A stretch of DNA of 64,000 nucleotides from Veleropilina oligotropha (GCA_048128005.1 JBEUKZ010000046.1:62001-126000); one strand, 5' to 3'. Numbered from the stretch's first letter, positions 39,623 to 53,627 are shown. Numbers and translations: made by a program. Notes: generated by a model not told the origin, from the sequence alone.

Positions 39623-41279
39623 GTCACGGAAAATCCGCCCGCACTGTCCAGCTATGGGCAACTCTGACTGAGAATCAAGTGCCTTGCCACGAATTGGGAA
39701 ATATGCTTGTCCATTACATTATCGCGTGGCCTTACGCAAATATAATATTATGTCAAGACAAAAATCATTGGTAGGAGTAATATGGAAACAGTTAAGCCTC
39801 CATTACTGCAGCAAACAAAAGTTTATTAAATACAGACTATGACATTATAATTATATGTTGACCTAATAAGTATGAAATGCGAAAAAAATATATTTAATGG
39901 CCATTTGTCTGGCATATTCAAGCAATAACGCTCATACAATGTTCATTCATCAATACCAAAATTAAGCAGCTTATTGCCGATTACCTCCAATAATGACTGA
40001 CATTACAAAAGGTAATAAATAACAGTCATCCAATTTATTTAGTATTTATCAAGTACAAGGCTTTAAAGCAACGTTTGAATTGATAATGATGCATTCATCA
40101 ACATGAATAAACTGAGCTATTATGCCGACAAGTACCCGTACTATCATTCAATTATCGCTGCTGCTAAGAGAAACGACATAGTCTGGCAATTAGCCTCTCA
40201 ATGTCAAAGAAAAGTGGAGCAGGACAAAAAATTATCCTGGGTAATATATGAACCATAAAGGATTGGATTATAGCTATTAGACTCGCATACTATGAAAATG
40301 ATACAAGCACATGTAGACTCATATGACTAAGTATCCCCCCGCCACCCACACATCCAGTTATTTAATCAGATTGTCGTTGGGCGACATGGAAATTTGATGA
40401 AAATCCATCTACTACTGACAAGATACATTATCTGTAATCTTGATGTACGTAATCAAAAAAGAATAAAATGTAGAGGTATACATTATAACATATCATGTAT
40501 ACTATCTGGGAATACTATACTAGAGGGACTGGCAACGTTAAAGATCGCACTGAAATCACATACTCGGCGTTAATAGGCGAGAGTTCGCCTGCAATCTAAT
40601 AAGCATAGCAACAACCTGCTAATTGAATCCCATATAAACTATTCGCTACTATTTGTCAGACATCTGTTTGCACATAAATAGATATTATATATATTGTAGA
40701 TTGTGTGTATGTGCTTATATCGTTAAAATTATGTCAAAAAAGCATAGATAAGTGTTATGATATTGTATGTTCTGGGTTATTTACGAAAATCCAAAATGGC
40801 GTCGATGAGAAAGCTTTCGAATCGAAAAATAGTACATTTTGCAGCTTCTTCTCCTCGTCAGCTGCTACATTTTACTTTTGAATATCTTGCCCATCATTTT
40901 ATTTACATCCTATTGCTTCGACTCTTCTATTGTGAAGTGAAATTTGACGAAGATTTATATCGTATAATTGCATTTAAAAATGACGATTTTTCCTGTATAA
41001 TATGTTCAGCGTTAATATTTTCACAGTGTAAAGTACTCGATTTTGCAACTTCTTCTCCTCGCCAGCTGTTACATTATACTTTTTGATATTTGCACCATCT
41101 TTTTATTTGCATTCAATTGCTTGAACTCATCTATTGCGTAGTGAAATATAACGTAGATTTATAGCACATATTTGCATTTTTAAACGACCAATTTTCTTAA
41201 ATATGTCAAGCGTTGATATTCATTTTGTGATGGACTCTCTTCTTTAATTGTTGCATTTTATTATGGAATAGTTTCACAC

Positions 41280-43820
41280 TTTTTAACCCCGGCTTAAAAA
41301 AATCTGGGGTTATTGTCATCGCCCGAGGCGGGCGGGCGGTTCATGTTGTCTGGCCTATATCTTGGCTACCAAACATGTTACCTCGATTTCATATGGTATG
41401 CTAACTACCCTTATCATACGCTAGTGCATGGTGACGAAATTTCATGTCAAGGACCTTTGACCTTGCGGCAATGACCTTTGATCCTTAAATTTTGTCCGGG
41501 CCGTTTCTCGGAGACCAAACATGCTAGCCTTCTAATTTTTTTTAGGTGTGTTGCCTATAATACAAAGCTGTGCATGCAGGGGTTTCAATAAGAAAAGCAA
41601 TAAGAGGGTAATTGTTTTCGACAGGAGGGTAATTTTTCGCCAATACTTTATTTAATACTAAAAAGTCAATGTAATATCAGAATGTCAGCAGGGTACACAC
41701 TGGCTTACAGGCGGGTAAAAATACCCGGTACCCGCCTATTAATGACACCCCTGTGTATGGCTGTAAAATTTTGCTCATTTGGCATTTGACCTCTGCGTAG
41801 TGACCTTCACAAATTTTCTATATTTAGAATTTTTTTATTTTTCGTCATTTGTTAATTCTTTGGTACCAAACTATTTCTTTAGGGTTAGTACATCATATAA
41901 CAAATACGAAAAATGGCCTTTGGTCAAAGGTCAAGGTCACAGAGGTCAAAATATACGCACAATTTTCAGACTTTGTGAGACTATAGCCTGCCCATTATGA
42001 TAGCTATATGGAGACATATTATGACATATGGACTACCCTTATCATTCTCTAGATCATGGTGGGTAATATTTCACAGGAATGATTTTTGACCTTGCCACAA
42101 ATAACCTTTGACCCTGAAATTTTGTCCGGGCCGTTTCTCGGAGACCAAACATGCTAGCCTTCTAATTTATTTTTAGGTGTGTTGCCTATAGTACAAAGCT
42201 GTGCATGGCTGTAAAATTTTGCTCCTTTGACCTCTGCGTAGTGACCTTCACAAATTTTCTATATTTAGAATTTTTTTATTTTTCGTCATTTGTTAATTCT
42301 TTGGTGCCAAACTATTTCTTTAGGGTTAGTACATCATATAACAAATATGAAAAATGGCCTTTGGTCAAAGGTCAAGGTCACAGAGGTCAAAATATACGCA
42401 CAATTTTCAGACTTTGTGAGACTATAGTCTGCCCATTATGATAGCTATATGGAGACATATTATGACATAAGGACTACCCTTATCATACTCTAGATCATGG
42501 TGGGTAATATTTCACAGGAATGATTTTTGACCTTGCCACAATAACCTTTGACCCTGAAATTTTTTCCGGGCCGTTTCTCGGAGACCAAACATGCTAGCCT
42601 TCTAATTTTTTTTAGGTGTGTTGCCTATAATACAAAGCTGTGCATGGCTGTAAAATTTTGCTCCTTTGACCTCTGCGTAGTGACCTTCACAAATTTTCTA
42701 TATTTAGAATTTTTTTATTTTTCGTCATTTGTTAATTCTTTGGTGCCAAACTATTTCTTTAGGGTTAGTACATCATATAACAAATATGAAAAATGGCCTT
42801 TGGTCAAAGGTCAAGGTCACAGAGGTCAAAATATACGCACAATTTTCAGACTTTGTGAGACTATAGCCTGCCCATTATGATAGCTATATGGAGACATATT
42901 ATGACATATGGACTACCCTTATCATTCTCTAGATCATGGTGGGTAATATTTCACAGGAATGATTTTTGACCTTGCCACAATAACCTTTGACCCTGAAATT
43001 TTGTCCGGGCCGTTTCTCGGAGACCACACATGCTAGCCTTCTAATTTTTTTTAGGTGTGTTGCCTATAATACAAAGCTGTGCATGGCTGTAAAATTTTGC
43101 TCCTTTGACCTCTGCGTAGTGACCTTCACAAATTTTCTATATTTAGAATATTTTTATTTTTTGTCATTTGTTAATTCTTTGGTGCCAAACTATTTCTTTA
43201 GCATTAGTACATCATATAACAAATACGAAAAATGGCCTTTGGTCAAAGGTCAAAATATATGCACACTTTTCAGACTTTGTGAGGCTATAGCCTGCCCATT
43301 ATGATAGCTATATGGAGACATATTATGACATATGGACTACCCTTATCATACTCTAGATCATGGTGGGTAATATTTCACAGGAATGATTTTTGACCTTGCC
43401 ACAATAACCTTTGACCCTGAAATTTTGTCCGGACTGCTTCTCGGAGACTCAGCTGGTAGCCTTTTAATTTTTTTTAGATATCTTGCCTATAACCCAAAGC
43501 TGTGCATGGCACTAAAATGTTTGTCATTTGGCCTTTGACCTTCACAAATTTACATATTTACATATTTTCATAATTCGTACACATTTTTTTTTCATTTTTC
43601 CCAACCTCTTTCTGTAGGGTTAGTACATCATGTAACAGACAGAAAATTACCTTTGATCAAATGTCAAGGTCACAGAGGCCAACCTTTTTCATGATGGACA
43701 GTTAGCACAGTCAGTGTTTAGCCAAGGGCTACTGGCAACGTGAAGATCACAGATTTTATACGGCAGTCTGATTGCTATATAAGGCTGGGGTTCCTGATAG
43801 CCGGGCGGCTGTCTATTTTT
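41280..43820 (+). mobile_element. Non-autonomous Helentron (HINE) with ~439-bp internal tandem units
   Basis: 5' TTTTTAACCCCGGCTT with an adjacent inverted copy and a GGCG microsatellite. 3' subterminal repeat AGGCTGGGGTT and hairpin GATAGCCGGGCGGCTGTC before a T-run. A unit landmark recurs at 41499, 42129, 42568, 43007 and ~43431. Confidence 0.8.
41577..41753. mobile_element. 177-bp CAGGGG..CCCCTG MITE inserted in the first tandem unit
   Basis: TIRs CAGGGGTTTCAATAA and TTAATGACACCCCTG. Flanked by TGCATG/TGTATG. The empty site is visible in the sister units. Confidence 0.85.
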
Positions 43821-46039
43821 CTAATTTACACTCGATTACATCGACTCTGCTATTGTACAGGGAAATAAATCGAAGATTTAATTAAATTATTTACGTCTCA
43901 AAATAGCTTATCAAAGGTGTCTAACTGGTAACATGGTCCGTTTCAATAATACTTCATTATAGTGCCAACTTTAAGTTGTCCCCATTGTTATTGTGCAGAC
44001 AAATTACTGACCTCTTGTACATTATAACAACATGTAAAGCAAAATATAGAATGAAATGCAATTAGTGGCTACCTTTATTGTCTCTATTGAATATAAATGT
44101 TTGTTTTGATAACCATTAGAAAGAAAAGTAGTTGGGGCCATTTATATGGTTCCGATTCAGTAATAAAGATAAATTCATAAGAACTTATTTCTATTTTAAT
44201 TTCCCAATCAATTTATTTAACGATTAACATAGATCTCTTTCAATAATTGGTTGAATTGAATTTTATTTATTATAAATAATTATGCAATATATTTAGTTTG
44301 AATACCGTACAAATTAAAATAATTAAAAAAATAAATTCGCTATCATATGTTGTGTTAAACGAATTTCGTGTTTAATTGGTATTTTGTGAATTCAAACTTA
44401 TAATTTACCGCATTGATCCTAATTGGGGATAAAATGTCTTGTCACAAAGCCAAAGCCCACTACGCACATGCGCAGTGCGGTAAACACGAGAACAATAGCG
44501 AGTACCACATTATTGACGGCGAGTCGGATAATTGGCCAGAGCTTCCAGTCCCTCTTATAGTAGTTCCAGATACTATTAACAAAAAGTACATTCTGAGTAC
44601 AATTTTCTCGCCAGGAAATTGTTTTTGACAATTTCGGCGACCTTGACCTTTGAAACCATTCAAATGTCGTTTGATGTGACTACATAGCATGCCGAGACTA
44701 ATTGAAAGTACTATTATCTTCTGAACCTAAAATATCATCAGTTCACGTTGAGATGAACTTTGATATTTTTGAGCATGCTCTTCCATATTATATTTATCTG
44801 CAAGGTGAAGTTGGTAAAAACATACTGACCAATGTATAAATATGCAGTCATGGTGGCACAATACATCTATCACATCCGCTCCCTTCGAAGAGAAACTGGT
44901 TTAAAACAAAATTCTGAAAACAATTTCTCAAAAAGGTCAAGGACAAATTGCATCACAAAGATTTCGATTGGTTCTTAATATTCTGTTTTTAACAACCTGT
45001 CAGATCCATACCAGGACATGACCATATCATCGTGAGATGAAAGCACCGACGCTCAGGAACCCGCTCTTCGGCCAGTTATGGACAACTGTTACAAGGTAAT
45101 GGTATCGGAACAAAGAAAGACATAATGCCCCAAACAACGTACGAACGCAATCTTGTTAGACAAAACAATTGGCTACCGGAGCGACCCACATCACAAGCTG
45201 AGAAGATAACAGAACACCCAATGTTCAGACCTAAAATGACACATTGCATGCCAACAATCGTTTTCCAAATTTCTCCAGACATATATAGATATAAATAGTG
45301 CTCTTAATATAGCAGACAATTAAATGCGGCACGATACATTTGCGACGCAGACAGAGATATTAATGGTAAATGGCAGTACAATAAGCTGAGCACGCGCTTC
45401 CTCTGCAGCAGCAGACAGCACGAAGACGCCACATGGATAATAAGACATAAGCATTTGTGATGGTGTAAACCAGTACTAGAGAAAGTGATTAACCAGACCA
45501 TAATTGGCACATTTGAATAGAAAATTTCTACAAACGAAATCAAAATAGAAATGTATGAATGCAAAATGGCATACAACGTGTAAATTCGAGTTTTATAGAC
45601 ATGGTTAATCATTTTAAAGGTAGATATATCTTAATTCTGATTAAGGCAGGAACAGATTAAGAAAACATTTTGTGTATGATGAAATAAATATTGCCGATGT
45701 GAATGAAATGTATTCAGCAACTTCAACAAGATTTGACAATGATTTGAAGAAGACTTTATTGCCCTGTTTTCATTTACCATAGGTTCATATTGGGACCGAT
45801 TCATATTACCATGAGACAAAAAAGTGGAAATATCATTTAAAAACCAATGGTTACCGTTAGCCGTTTACGGGATCCCATGATTAATGAATCCGAAGTGTCT
45901 TCATGCAGGAATCAAACCCACAATGTTGAGTCAGTGCAGTCAGGCATGTTTATTGACAGCTCCATTCTAAGCTCTGTGACATAGATAATTGTGACTGCTA
46001 TTAGCATAAATTGAAAGAAGATCCCAATTGAATACTTGA

Positions 46040-46277
46040 GGCCGCTTCGGCAGCGCAGTGGGTAAGAGTGTCCACTCTAAATTCACTGGCTTGATTCCGC
46101 TAATGCGAACAGTAGTGGGTTCAATACCTGGCTGAGGCATTGACATTTGTTCAAGTTATGAATCGCAGTTGTCCGCGACTGGCCGAAGAGGGCGGGTTTA
46201 CCCGCGTTAACACGGATATGTCCTGCCTTGAACCTCGATGTTGTAAATATACAGGACATTAAGCATCATTCCTCCTC
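46040..46277 (+). mobile_element. Near full-length SINE copy (small internal deletion)
   Basis: Starts GGCCGCTTCGGCAGCGCAGTGGG. TSD TTGAA(T/G)ACTTGAG at 46028-46040 and 46278-46290. Confidence 0.85.
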
Positions 46278-46687
46278 TTGAAGACTTGAGCCCACTTCTG
46301 TTGATCAGAACATTCAAGCAAGTGATATGTGAACCACACTCTAAATCCACCCCAGCAATGGATGGATTTACAAGGAGATTATCACAATGCTAAGAAGCAA
46401 CAAGTACTGGTCAATGGCATTATAAATCTTCTATGCAAGATATATATTCAACCAAAAAAAAATGCACGTAACACTTTTATATAATTTCAATATATTATAT
46501 AATTTGTGAAAATTTAATGCAAAAAGACATTTCTACGACACTAAGTTTCTTTTCTTCCCCAATGAACAAGAAGACAGAGCCCTCAATATTCCCTGCAATG
46601 GCACATTCGCAATTACTGATCTATATACTATAAGTTTGTGTATATAGATAGGAACAAGCGTTACATTATCCTTGTTTTAAATAAAAA

Positions 46688-46890
46688 CAAGGGCAATAAG
46701 TCTGTCAATAATCGCCACATACATGTAGCATTAAAATTACACACACCAAATTTCGTAAATATATGTTGAGCGGTTTATGAGATATCATATGCTTAGAAAG
46801 AGATAATTTGCAAGGGATGACGGACACGCGCATGCATGCATGGACCGCCTGCATTTTAATATAAACCGCAAATTTTTTTGGGCAGGGAAT
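46688..46890 (+). mobile_element. Short HINE-like repeat (family of 12960-13165)
   Basis: Shared core and terminal hairpin. Confidence 0.65.
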
Positions 46891-47805
46891 AATAATCATC
46901 TTTTTTGGTTGAGTAAATAAAGTAACGTCTATCATCATCAAGTTCCGCAAACAAATTATTATTTCTATAAAATGATGACAATGACTGATTGTTGCCTAAC
47001 TCTTTTTAATATGTATGTAAACAAAGATTACCTAAAAGGCATAATTCCATTACTAAAAGTCCATATACATGCAAGCACTTTAATGACAGATTCTACAGAA
47101 CCTATACTACTTTAATTGGTCATAATAATGCAGTTTACTACGGAATACATTAACTTAATTGCTGATCATTATTACACACTAAGACTTTAATCTACTAAAT
47201 GTCAACCGAAGACATCTTGTATGCCACATAGTATTATCACTTCTCAAATAAAATTTGTTAAACTTGTATATGAAAGAATTATATACTATGACTTACATTA
47301 CAAGCACCAATATAAATAAAGCTATATTTGGTTTCTTTCATTCATCCATGACATTAATGGCAAAAATTACCAAGTATAATAGCAATGTTGATTGCACACA
47401 TAAAAATAAATTTGCTATGTACAGCGTAAAGCGATTGAATTCTTTAAATAGCTACAATGATGGATCGTATATTAACATAAACCCTGGATGAGAAACATTG
47501 TACATTTTAGCTGACACAAAATTTGAATAAAATTACCCTAAATATTGGTGAACCTTGAAATAATGATAAATAACAAACAACCAAGCAAAATAATCTCTAT
47601 TGGGATTTACGGTACAATTGCAAAACTTAAAACTTTTATGTAAATTTTTACATTTAAATTGCCTACAATATTACTGCTGCAGTGTAAGGTTTCGTTTATA
47701 TCGGTACTTAATATTGCATTTTAATGCCTTCAGGGTCAATTTGGAATATGATCAACTGTGAAAACCCGACCTGTTGACAACTGTGGGTGTTAATTCAATA
47801 AAGTG

Positions 47806-49445
47806 CTCAGCGGAGGATGCCACCCTCAGCTGATAATCAGAGCAGGATGCCACCCTCAGCTGATAATCAGAACAGGATGCCACACTCAGCTGATAATCAG
47901 AGCAGGATGCCAACCCTCAGCTGATAATCAGAGCAGGATGCCAACCCTCAGCTGATAATCAGAGCAGGATGCCACCCTCAGCTGATAATCGGAGAAGGAT
48001 GCCAACCCTCAGCTGATAATCAGAGCAGAATGCCAACCCTCAGCTGATAATCAGAGCAGGATGCCAACCCTCAGCTGATAATCAGAGCAGGATGCTAACC
48101 CTCCACTGATAATCAGAGCAGGATGTCAACCCTCAGTTGATAATCAGCGCAGGATGCCACCCTCAGCTGATAATCAGAACAGGATGCCAGCCCTCAGCTG
48201 ATAATCAGAGCAGAATGCCAACCCTCAGCTGATAATCAGCGCAGGATGCCACCCTCAGCTGATAATCAGAGCAGGATGCCAACCCTCAGCTGATAATCAG
48301 AGCAGGATGCTAACCCTCAGCTGATAATCAGAGCAGAATGCCAACCCTCAGCTGATAATCAGAGCAGGATGCCAACCCTCAGCTGATAATCAGAGCAGGA
48401 TGCTAACCCTCCACTGATAATCAGAGCAGGATGTCAACCCTCAGTTGATAATCAGAGCAGGATGTCAACCCTCAGTTGATAATCAGCGCAGGATGCCACC
48501 CTCAGCTGATAATTAGAGCAGGATGCCACCCTCAGCTGATAATCAGAGCAGGATGCTAACCCTCCACTGATAATCAGAGCAGGATGTCAACCCTCAGTTG
48601 ATAATCAGCGCAGGATGCCACCCTCAGCTGATAATCAGAGCAGGATGCCAAACCCTCAGCTGATAATCAGAGCAGAATGCCAACCCTCAACTGATAATCA
48701 GAGCAGGATGTCAACCCTCAGTTGATAATCAGAGCAGGATGCCACCCTCAGCTGATAATCAGAGCAGGATGCTAACCCTCCACTGATAATCAGAGCAGGA
48801 TGTCAACCCTCAGTTGATAATCAGCGCAGGATGCCACCCTCAGCTGATAATCAGAGCAGGATGCCAAACCCTCAGCTGATAATCAGAGCAGAATGCCAAC
48901 CCTCAACTGATAATCAGAGCAGGATGTCAACCCTCAGTTGATAATCAGAGCAGGATGCCACCCTCAGCTGATAATCACAGCAGGATGCCAGCCCTCTGCT
49001 GATAATCAGAGCAGGATGTCAACCCTCGGCTGATAATCAGAGAAGGATGCCAACCCTCAGCTGATAATCAGAGCAGGTTGCCAACCCTCAGCTGATAATT
49101 AGAGCAGGATGCCAACCCTCAGCTGATAATTTGAGCAGGATGCCAGCCCTCAGCTGATAATCAGAGCAGGATGCCACCCTCAGCTGATAATTAGAGCAGG
49201 ATGCCACCCTCAGCTGATAATCAGAGCAGGATGCCAACCATCAGCTGATAATCAGAGCAGGATGCCAACCCTCAACTGATAATTAGAGCAGGATGCCACC
49301 CTCAGCTGATAATCAGAGCAGGATGCCAACCCTCAACTGATAATTAGAGCAGGATGCCACCCTCAGCTGATAATCAGAGCAGGATGCCAACCCTCAGCTG
49401 ATAATTAGAGCAGGATGCCAACCCTCAGCTGATAATCAGAGCAGG
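47806..49445. repeat. 30-31-bp minisatellite, about 50 copies (CAGAGCAGGATGCCAACCCTCAGCTGATAAT)
   Basis: Seen directly, with recurring variant units. Confidence 0.97.
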
Positions 49446-49992
49446 CAAGCGAATATATTGACTTTGTATTAGTGGTATAATTATACCAGTCAACAATGCC
49501 TGTGATGGTTGCATTATTATAGCACAACAGAAATTCCTTAACATAAATGATACAATGATAATACCTGAAAAGGCAATCCCTTTGCGCATACCCTTATTCT
49601 CGCTTTTCCTTCGGGGGGGGAGGGGATAAAAGTAAACATGTCTCCCTCGGCATTGTAGATACATATTGAAACGAATGGTGGTATACCACTGTATTTGTTG
49701 TCTAATACCAAAATACATACGTCACGTCCTTCCATTGTCAAATTTTAAGACATTCACGAGAGGCCACATTAGAAACAGCCATCATGACTACCCCGTTTAC
49801 ACTATACGTTACAGAAATGTACGACCTGTGTGCTGACATATGTTGAGAAAAAGGTCAAAGGATGGACAATCCAAAAGCCATATCACAACACTTTTCGCAG
49901 AAAATAAAAACATCCAAACCTCAAAAAAGTGCAAAGCAGAGGATCCCAACACACTCCTGGGAATAAGAAAAATCAGGCGAATGAATTAGGAA

Positions 49993-50762
49993 CAGACTGT
50001 TATCCATAACCCCGCTGGGGCCCTCCTATGATATGAGCATCACACTGTTATCCATAACCCCGCCGGGGGCCTCCTATGATATGAGCATCACACTGTTATC
50101 CATAACCCCGCCGGGGGCCTCCTATGATATGAGCATCACACTGTTATCCATAACCCCACCGGGGGCCACCTATGATATGAGCATCACACTGTTATCCATA
50201 ACCCCGCCGGGGGCCTCCTATGATATGAGCATCACACTGTTATCCATAACCCCGCCGGGGGCCTCCTATGATATGAGCATCACACTGTTATCCATAACCC
50301 CGCCGGGGGCCTCCTATGATATGAGCATCACACTGTTATCCATAACCCCGCCGGGGGCCTCCTATGATATGAGCATCACACTGTTATCCATAACCCCGCC
50401 GGGGGCCTCCTATGATATGAGCATCACACTGTTATCCATAACCCCGCCGGGGGCCTCCTATGATATGAGCATCACACTGTTATCCATAACCCCGCCGGGG
50501 GCCTCCTATGATATGAGCATCACACTGTTATCCATAACCCCGCCGGGGGCCTCCTATGATATGAGCATCACACTGTTATCCATAACCCCGCCAGGGGCCT
50601 CCTATGATATGAGCATCACACTGTTATCCATAACCCCGCCGGGGGCCTCCTATGATATGAGCATCACACTGTTATCCATAACCCCGCCGGGGGCCTCCTA
50701 TGATATGAGCATCACACTGTTATCCATAACCCCGCCGGGGGCCTCCTATGATATGAGCATCA
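49993..50762. repeat. 48-bp near-perfect tandem repeat, 16 copies (CACACTGTTATCCATAACCCCGCCGGGGGCCTCCTATGATATGAGCAT)
   Basis: Seen directly. Only a few substitutions; produces the 275-aa repeat ORF. Confidence 0.97.
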
Positions 50763-50849
50763 GTGGTCACGTAAAATCACGACCATATTCCATTTCCAAC
50801 ATTCATGTCATTATTAAATTATTCAAATCACAAATGATTACGTTATATT

Positions 50850-51111
50850 TGATGGATTGATGCTTAATGTCCTGTTTGTTTACAACCTTCAGGTTCAAGG
50901 AAGGACATGTTCATATTATTGCGGGAGGACAGCCCGGTCGCCCGAGGAAACCCGCCCTCTCCGGCCAATTACGGACAACTGTGAGGGATAAATGAACAAA
51001 GAATGTAAATGTCTCAGTCGAGATTCAAACCCACTTCTGTTAGCTAGTGCAATAGAGCCAGTGATTTCAGAGTCGGCACTCGATCGATACCACATGACTA
51101 CCGGGGTGGCC
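50850..51111 (-). mobile_element. SINE copy
   Basis: Family tail, V-like core and degenerate tRNA head. Confidence 0.8.
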
Positions 51112-51795
51112 TCTTATGTTATAGTATAGATAATACATATACTGTACATGATATGTACCCTGTATCCCACTAACATCCAATGACCCATAAATTGCCAAAA
51201 AGTGATGACAGTTCGGTGATACATGCACCATTTATTCAACAGTTCGACTGGAGACATTCACATGCTAAGCTACAAAATATCTGAATGAAAAATGAACCAT
51301 TAACAAAAACCATAAAGTCAATTTGTAATTATTTTCCTTCGCTATTCTACATGTTCTACGAAAATTATGAGTGTTATTCTCAACTCTGTAATAATAAACG
51401 CTCTTCCATAATGTTGCCACGATAAGAATGAGTTATGGGGGTGGGAGGGGACATAAATAATGCATGAGTTAGATGAAAGTGAAGACCTCGGCCGCGATGT
51501 GGAATGTCACATAATCAATATCACTGCCATCTCGACCTGCTTGCTGCGACACAAGATACCCATCGCTTTTCAAAAATCAATTTTAGAATAAAAGGCATTA
51601 GACCGCTTGAGGATAAGAAGCAGATCTATGCAAAGTGATACCATTTTAAATATCCTAAAGGCCTGTTAATACAAACACATGCCAACAGGAAATTAACAGA
51701 ACATGTAGAAAATGAAAATAAGTATTGATAGAGAAGAGAGCTCTGAAGAGGTCACATTCAAATTAGCTTAGTGCACATATATGGATTTACAATGA

Positions 51796-52056
51796 AAAGG
51801 AAAGGATCAATGCTTAATATCATGTATATTTCCAACCATTAAGTTCAAAGCAGGACATATATTATTGCGAGATGATAGCACGGTCGCCCTGGGAAACACG
51901 CCCTCTCCGACCAGTTACGGACAACTGTGATTCATAACTTGAACAAATAATGTCATGTTACAACCGATGTTCGAATCGACTACTGTTCGCGTTCGCGGAA
52001 TCAAGCCAGTGATTTTTCAGAGTCTGTAACCGAAACTACACGACTGTCGAAGCGGT
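51796..52056 (-). mobile_element. Full-length SINE copy
   Basis: 14-bp TSD TGGATTTACAATGA at 51782-51795 and 52057-52070. Confidence 0.85.
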
Positions 52057-52409
52057 TGGATTTACAATGACTCAGGAAACATTTCAAAATGAGATTCAAA
52101 TACATGCCTACATATTTCTGTTAATATTGAAGAGTTTAAATTTACGATATATGTCTATGTTTCTTACTATTGTACTCTATTTTGAAATACTTTTGAATTA
52201 AGGAAATTATTTTAACTGTGAATTCACCTATGGATGAAGCCACTCTCAAGCTATACAGGTATTTATTGTAGGTTTTTAAACCACCTGATTACGAGGCAGA
52301 TTGAATTCATGGGATGCTCCGGGCGCTTTCTCAGAAAAAATACTTAGCCTGAAAAAATGTACTATAAATTAATTAATATAAAGCCCCAGATTTGTTCTAC
52401 AGCAAAAAA

Positions 52410-52636
52410 GAAATGGATGGATTGGATCGAGCTTATATTTACAACCTTCAGGTTCAAACCAGGACATGGCCATAATATCGTTGGAGAAAAGCCCAATTGC
52501 ACCGAAAACTCGCCAGTTATGGACAACTGTGACTGGTATCTGAAAAAAATATGACGAGGGTCTATCCCATTCCTGTTAGACAGAGCAGTCAATCAAGCCA
52601 GTCGGCACTCGATACCACACGGTTACCGATACGGAC
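52410..52636 (-). mobile_element. Diverged SINE copy
   Basis: GGAT tail, TTTACAACCTTCAGGTTCAA and CCAGTTATGGACAACTGTG. A similar decayed copy lies at ~45010-45187. Confidence 0.65.
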
Positions 52637-53170
52637 TGTCTTGTTGTTGATTGCAATTAATGCATGTTTTATGATGACAAAAACATTTTTTGTCCCATGT
52701 AGTTGGGACCCCCTGTTTCTATCTGGTTTAAGGTCTCACTCTGATCTGGCCGACATATTAGGGTATTTGCCTTCTATTAGTTTTAAGCGGTAGAATTAGC
52801 CATGCTGGAGTAGGGGATCGAATTTGCATCCTACCGACAAAGTTAAAGGAATATTCCAGTAGAATTATGTATTAAGTTTATTAAAAATAAATTGCATGTG
52901 TTTTTTGCATCAATATACAATATTTCGCTAAAAGTTGCGAATAGCACACTTCTAGTCATCGCGTGGATGCAGACATCGTTGATCTAGGAATAGCAACGAT
53001 AGCATGAAGCTACAGGATTATGACGTAGGCGACAGACCATCTACTATGCCAGGTGTGGTGTGTTCATCAATTGGCCTATTAACAGCTACTGACTTTGCCC
53101 TCCGAATAACATGACTTTGTTTTTCTAACCCAACCCATGAAATTATTCTGCCAAAGGGATTTGGCCCACT

Positions 53171-53627
53171 CTAGCACTGTGTTCACACTGGCTATTCCGG
53201 ATCACTGTACCGGAAGATCTGACTCATTAAATTTTATTGCCTTGTCTATGTTGCATTCACACCTAAAATTCCCAAACGCTGTTTCCGTTAGCCTCACCGC
53301 TAAGCGAATTATCTCCTAGATGTTGCTGTTGGCTGATCAACGAGAGTTCGTGTTAGCTACAGCAATGACAAATATGTCAGTGTAGCTCACTTGTGTGAAG
53401 TCTCGTCCCTTGTCTCATCGAACATCGGGCATCGAGATGGTCTTGCGTTCAGACCGAAGTTATGCCTGTACAAAGCGCTGATCCGGATCACTAAACCACC
53501 TCCATAGAGTGATTAGCTAATGCGGAACAGCGCTGGAAGTTATACCGGCAGAGTGCGTTCACACTGAGTTGTAACCGATATATCGCTTTTTGTTCCGGTT
53601 GATCTTTGCAGTGTGAACGCGGCCTTA
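53171..53627. mobile_element. PIF/Harbinger-type MITE
   Basis: Imperfect TIRs (CACTGTGTTCACACTG and CAGTGTGAACGCGGCC) with internal GTTCACAC/GTTCAGAC motifs. Confidence 0.5.

Noticed and set aside
41779..43304. Four similar ORFs suggesting a tandem gene family
   Set aside because: They are translations of the 439-bp Helentron internal repeat.
47806..50762. CRISPR-like arrays
   Set aside because: Head-to-tail tandem units with no unique spacers, no cas genes, and a eukaryotic context.
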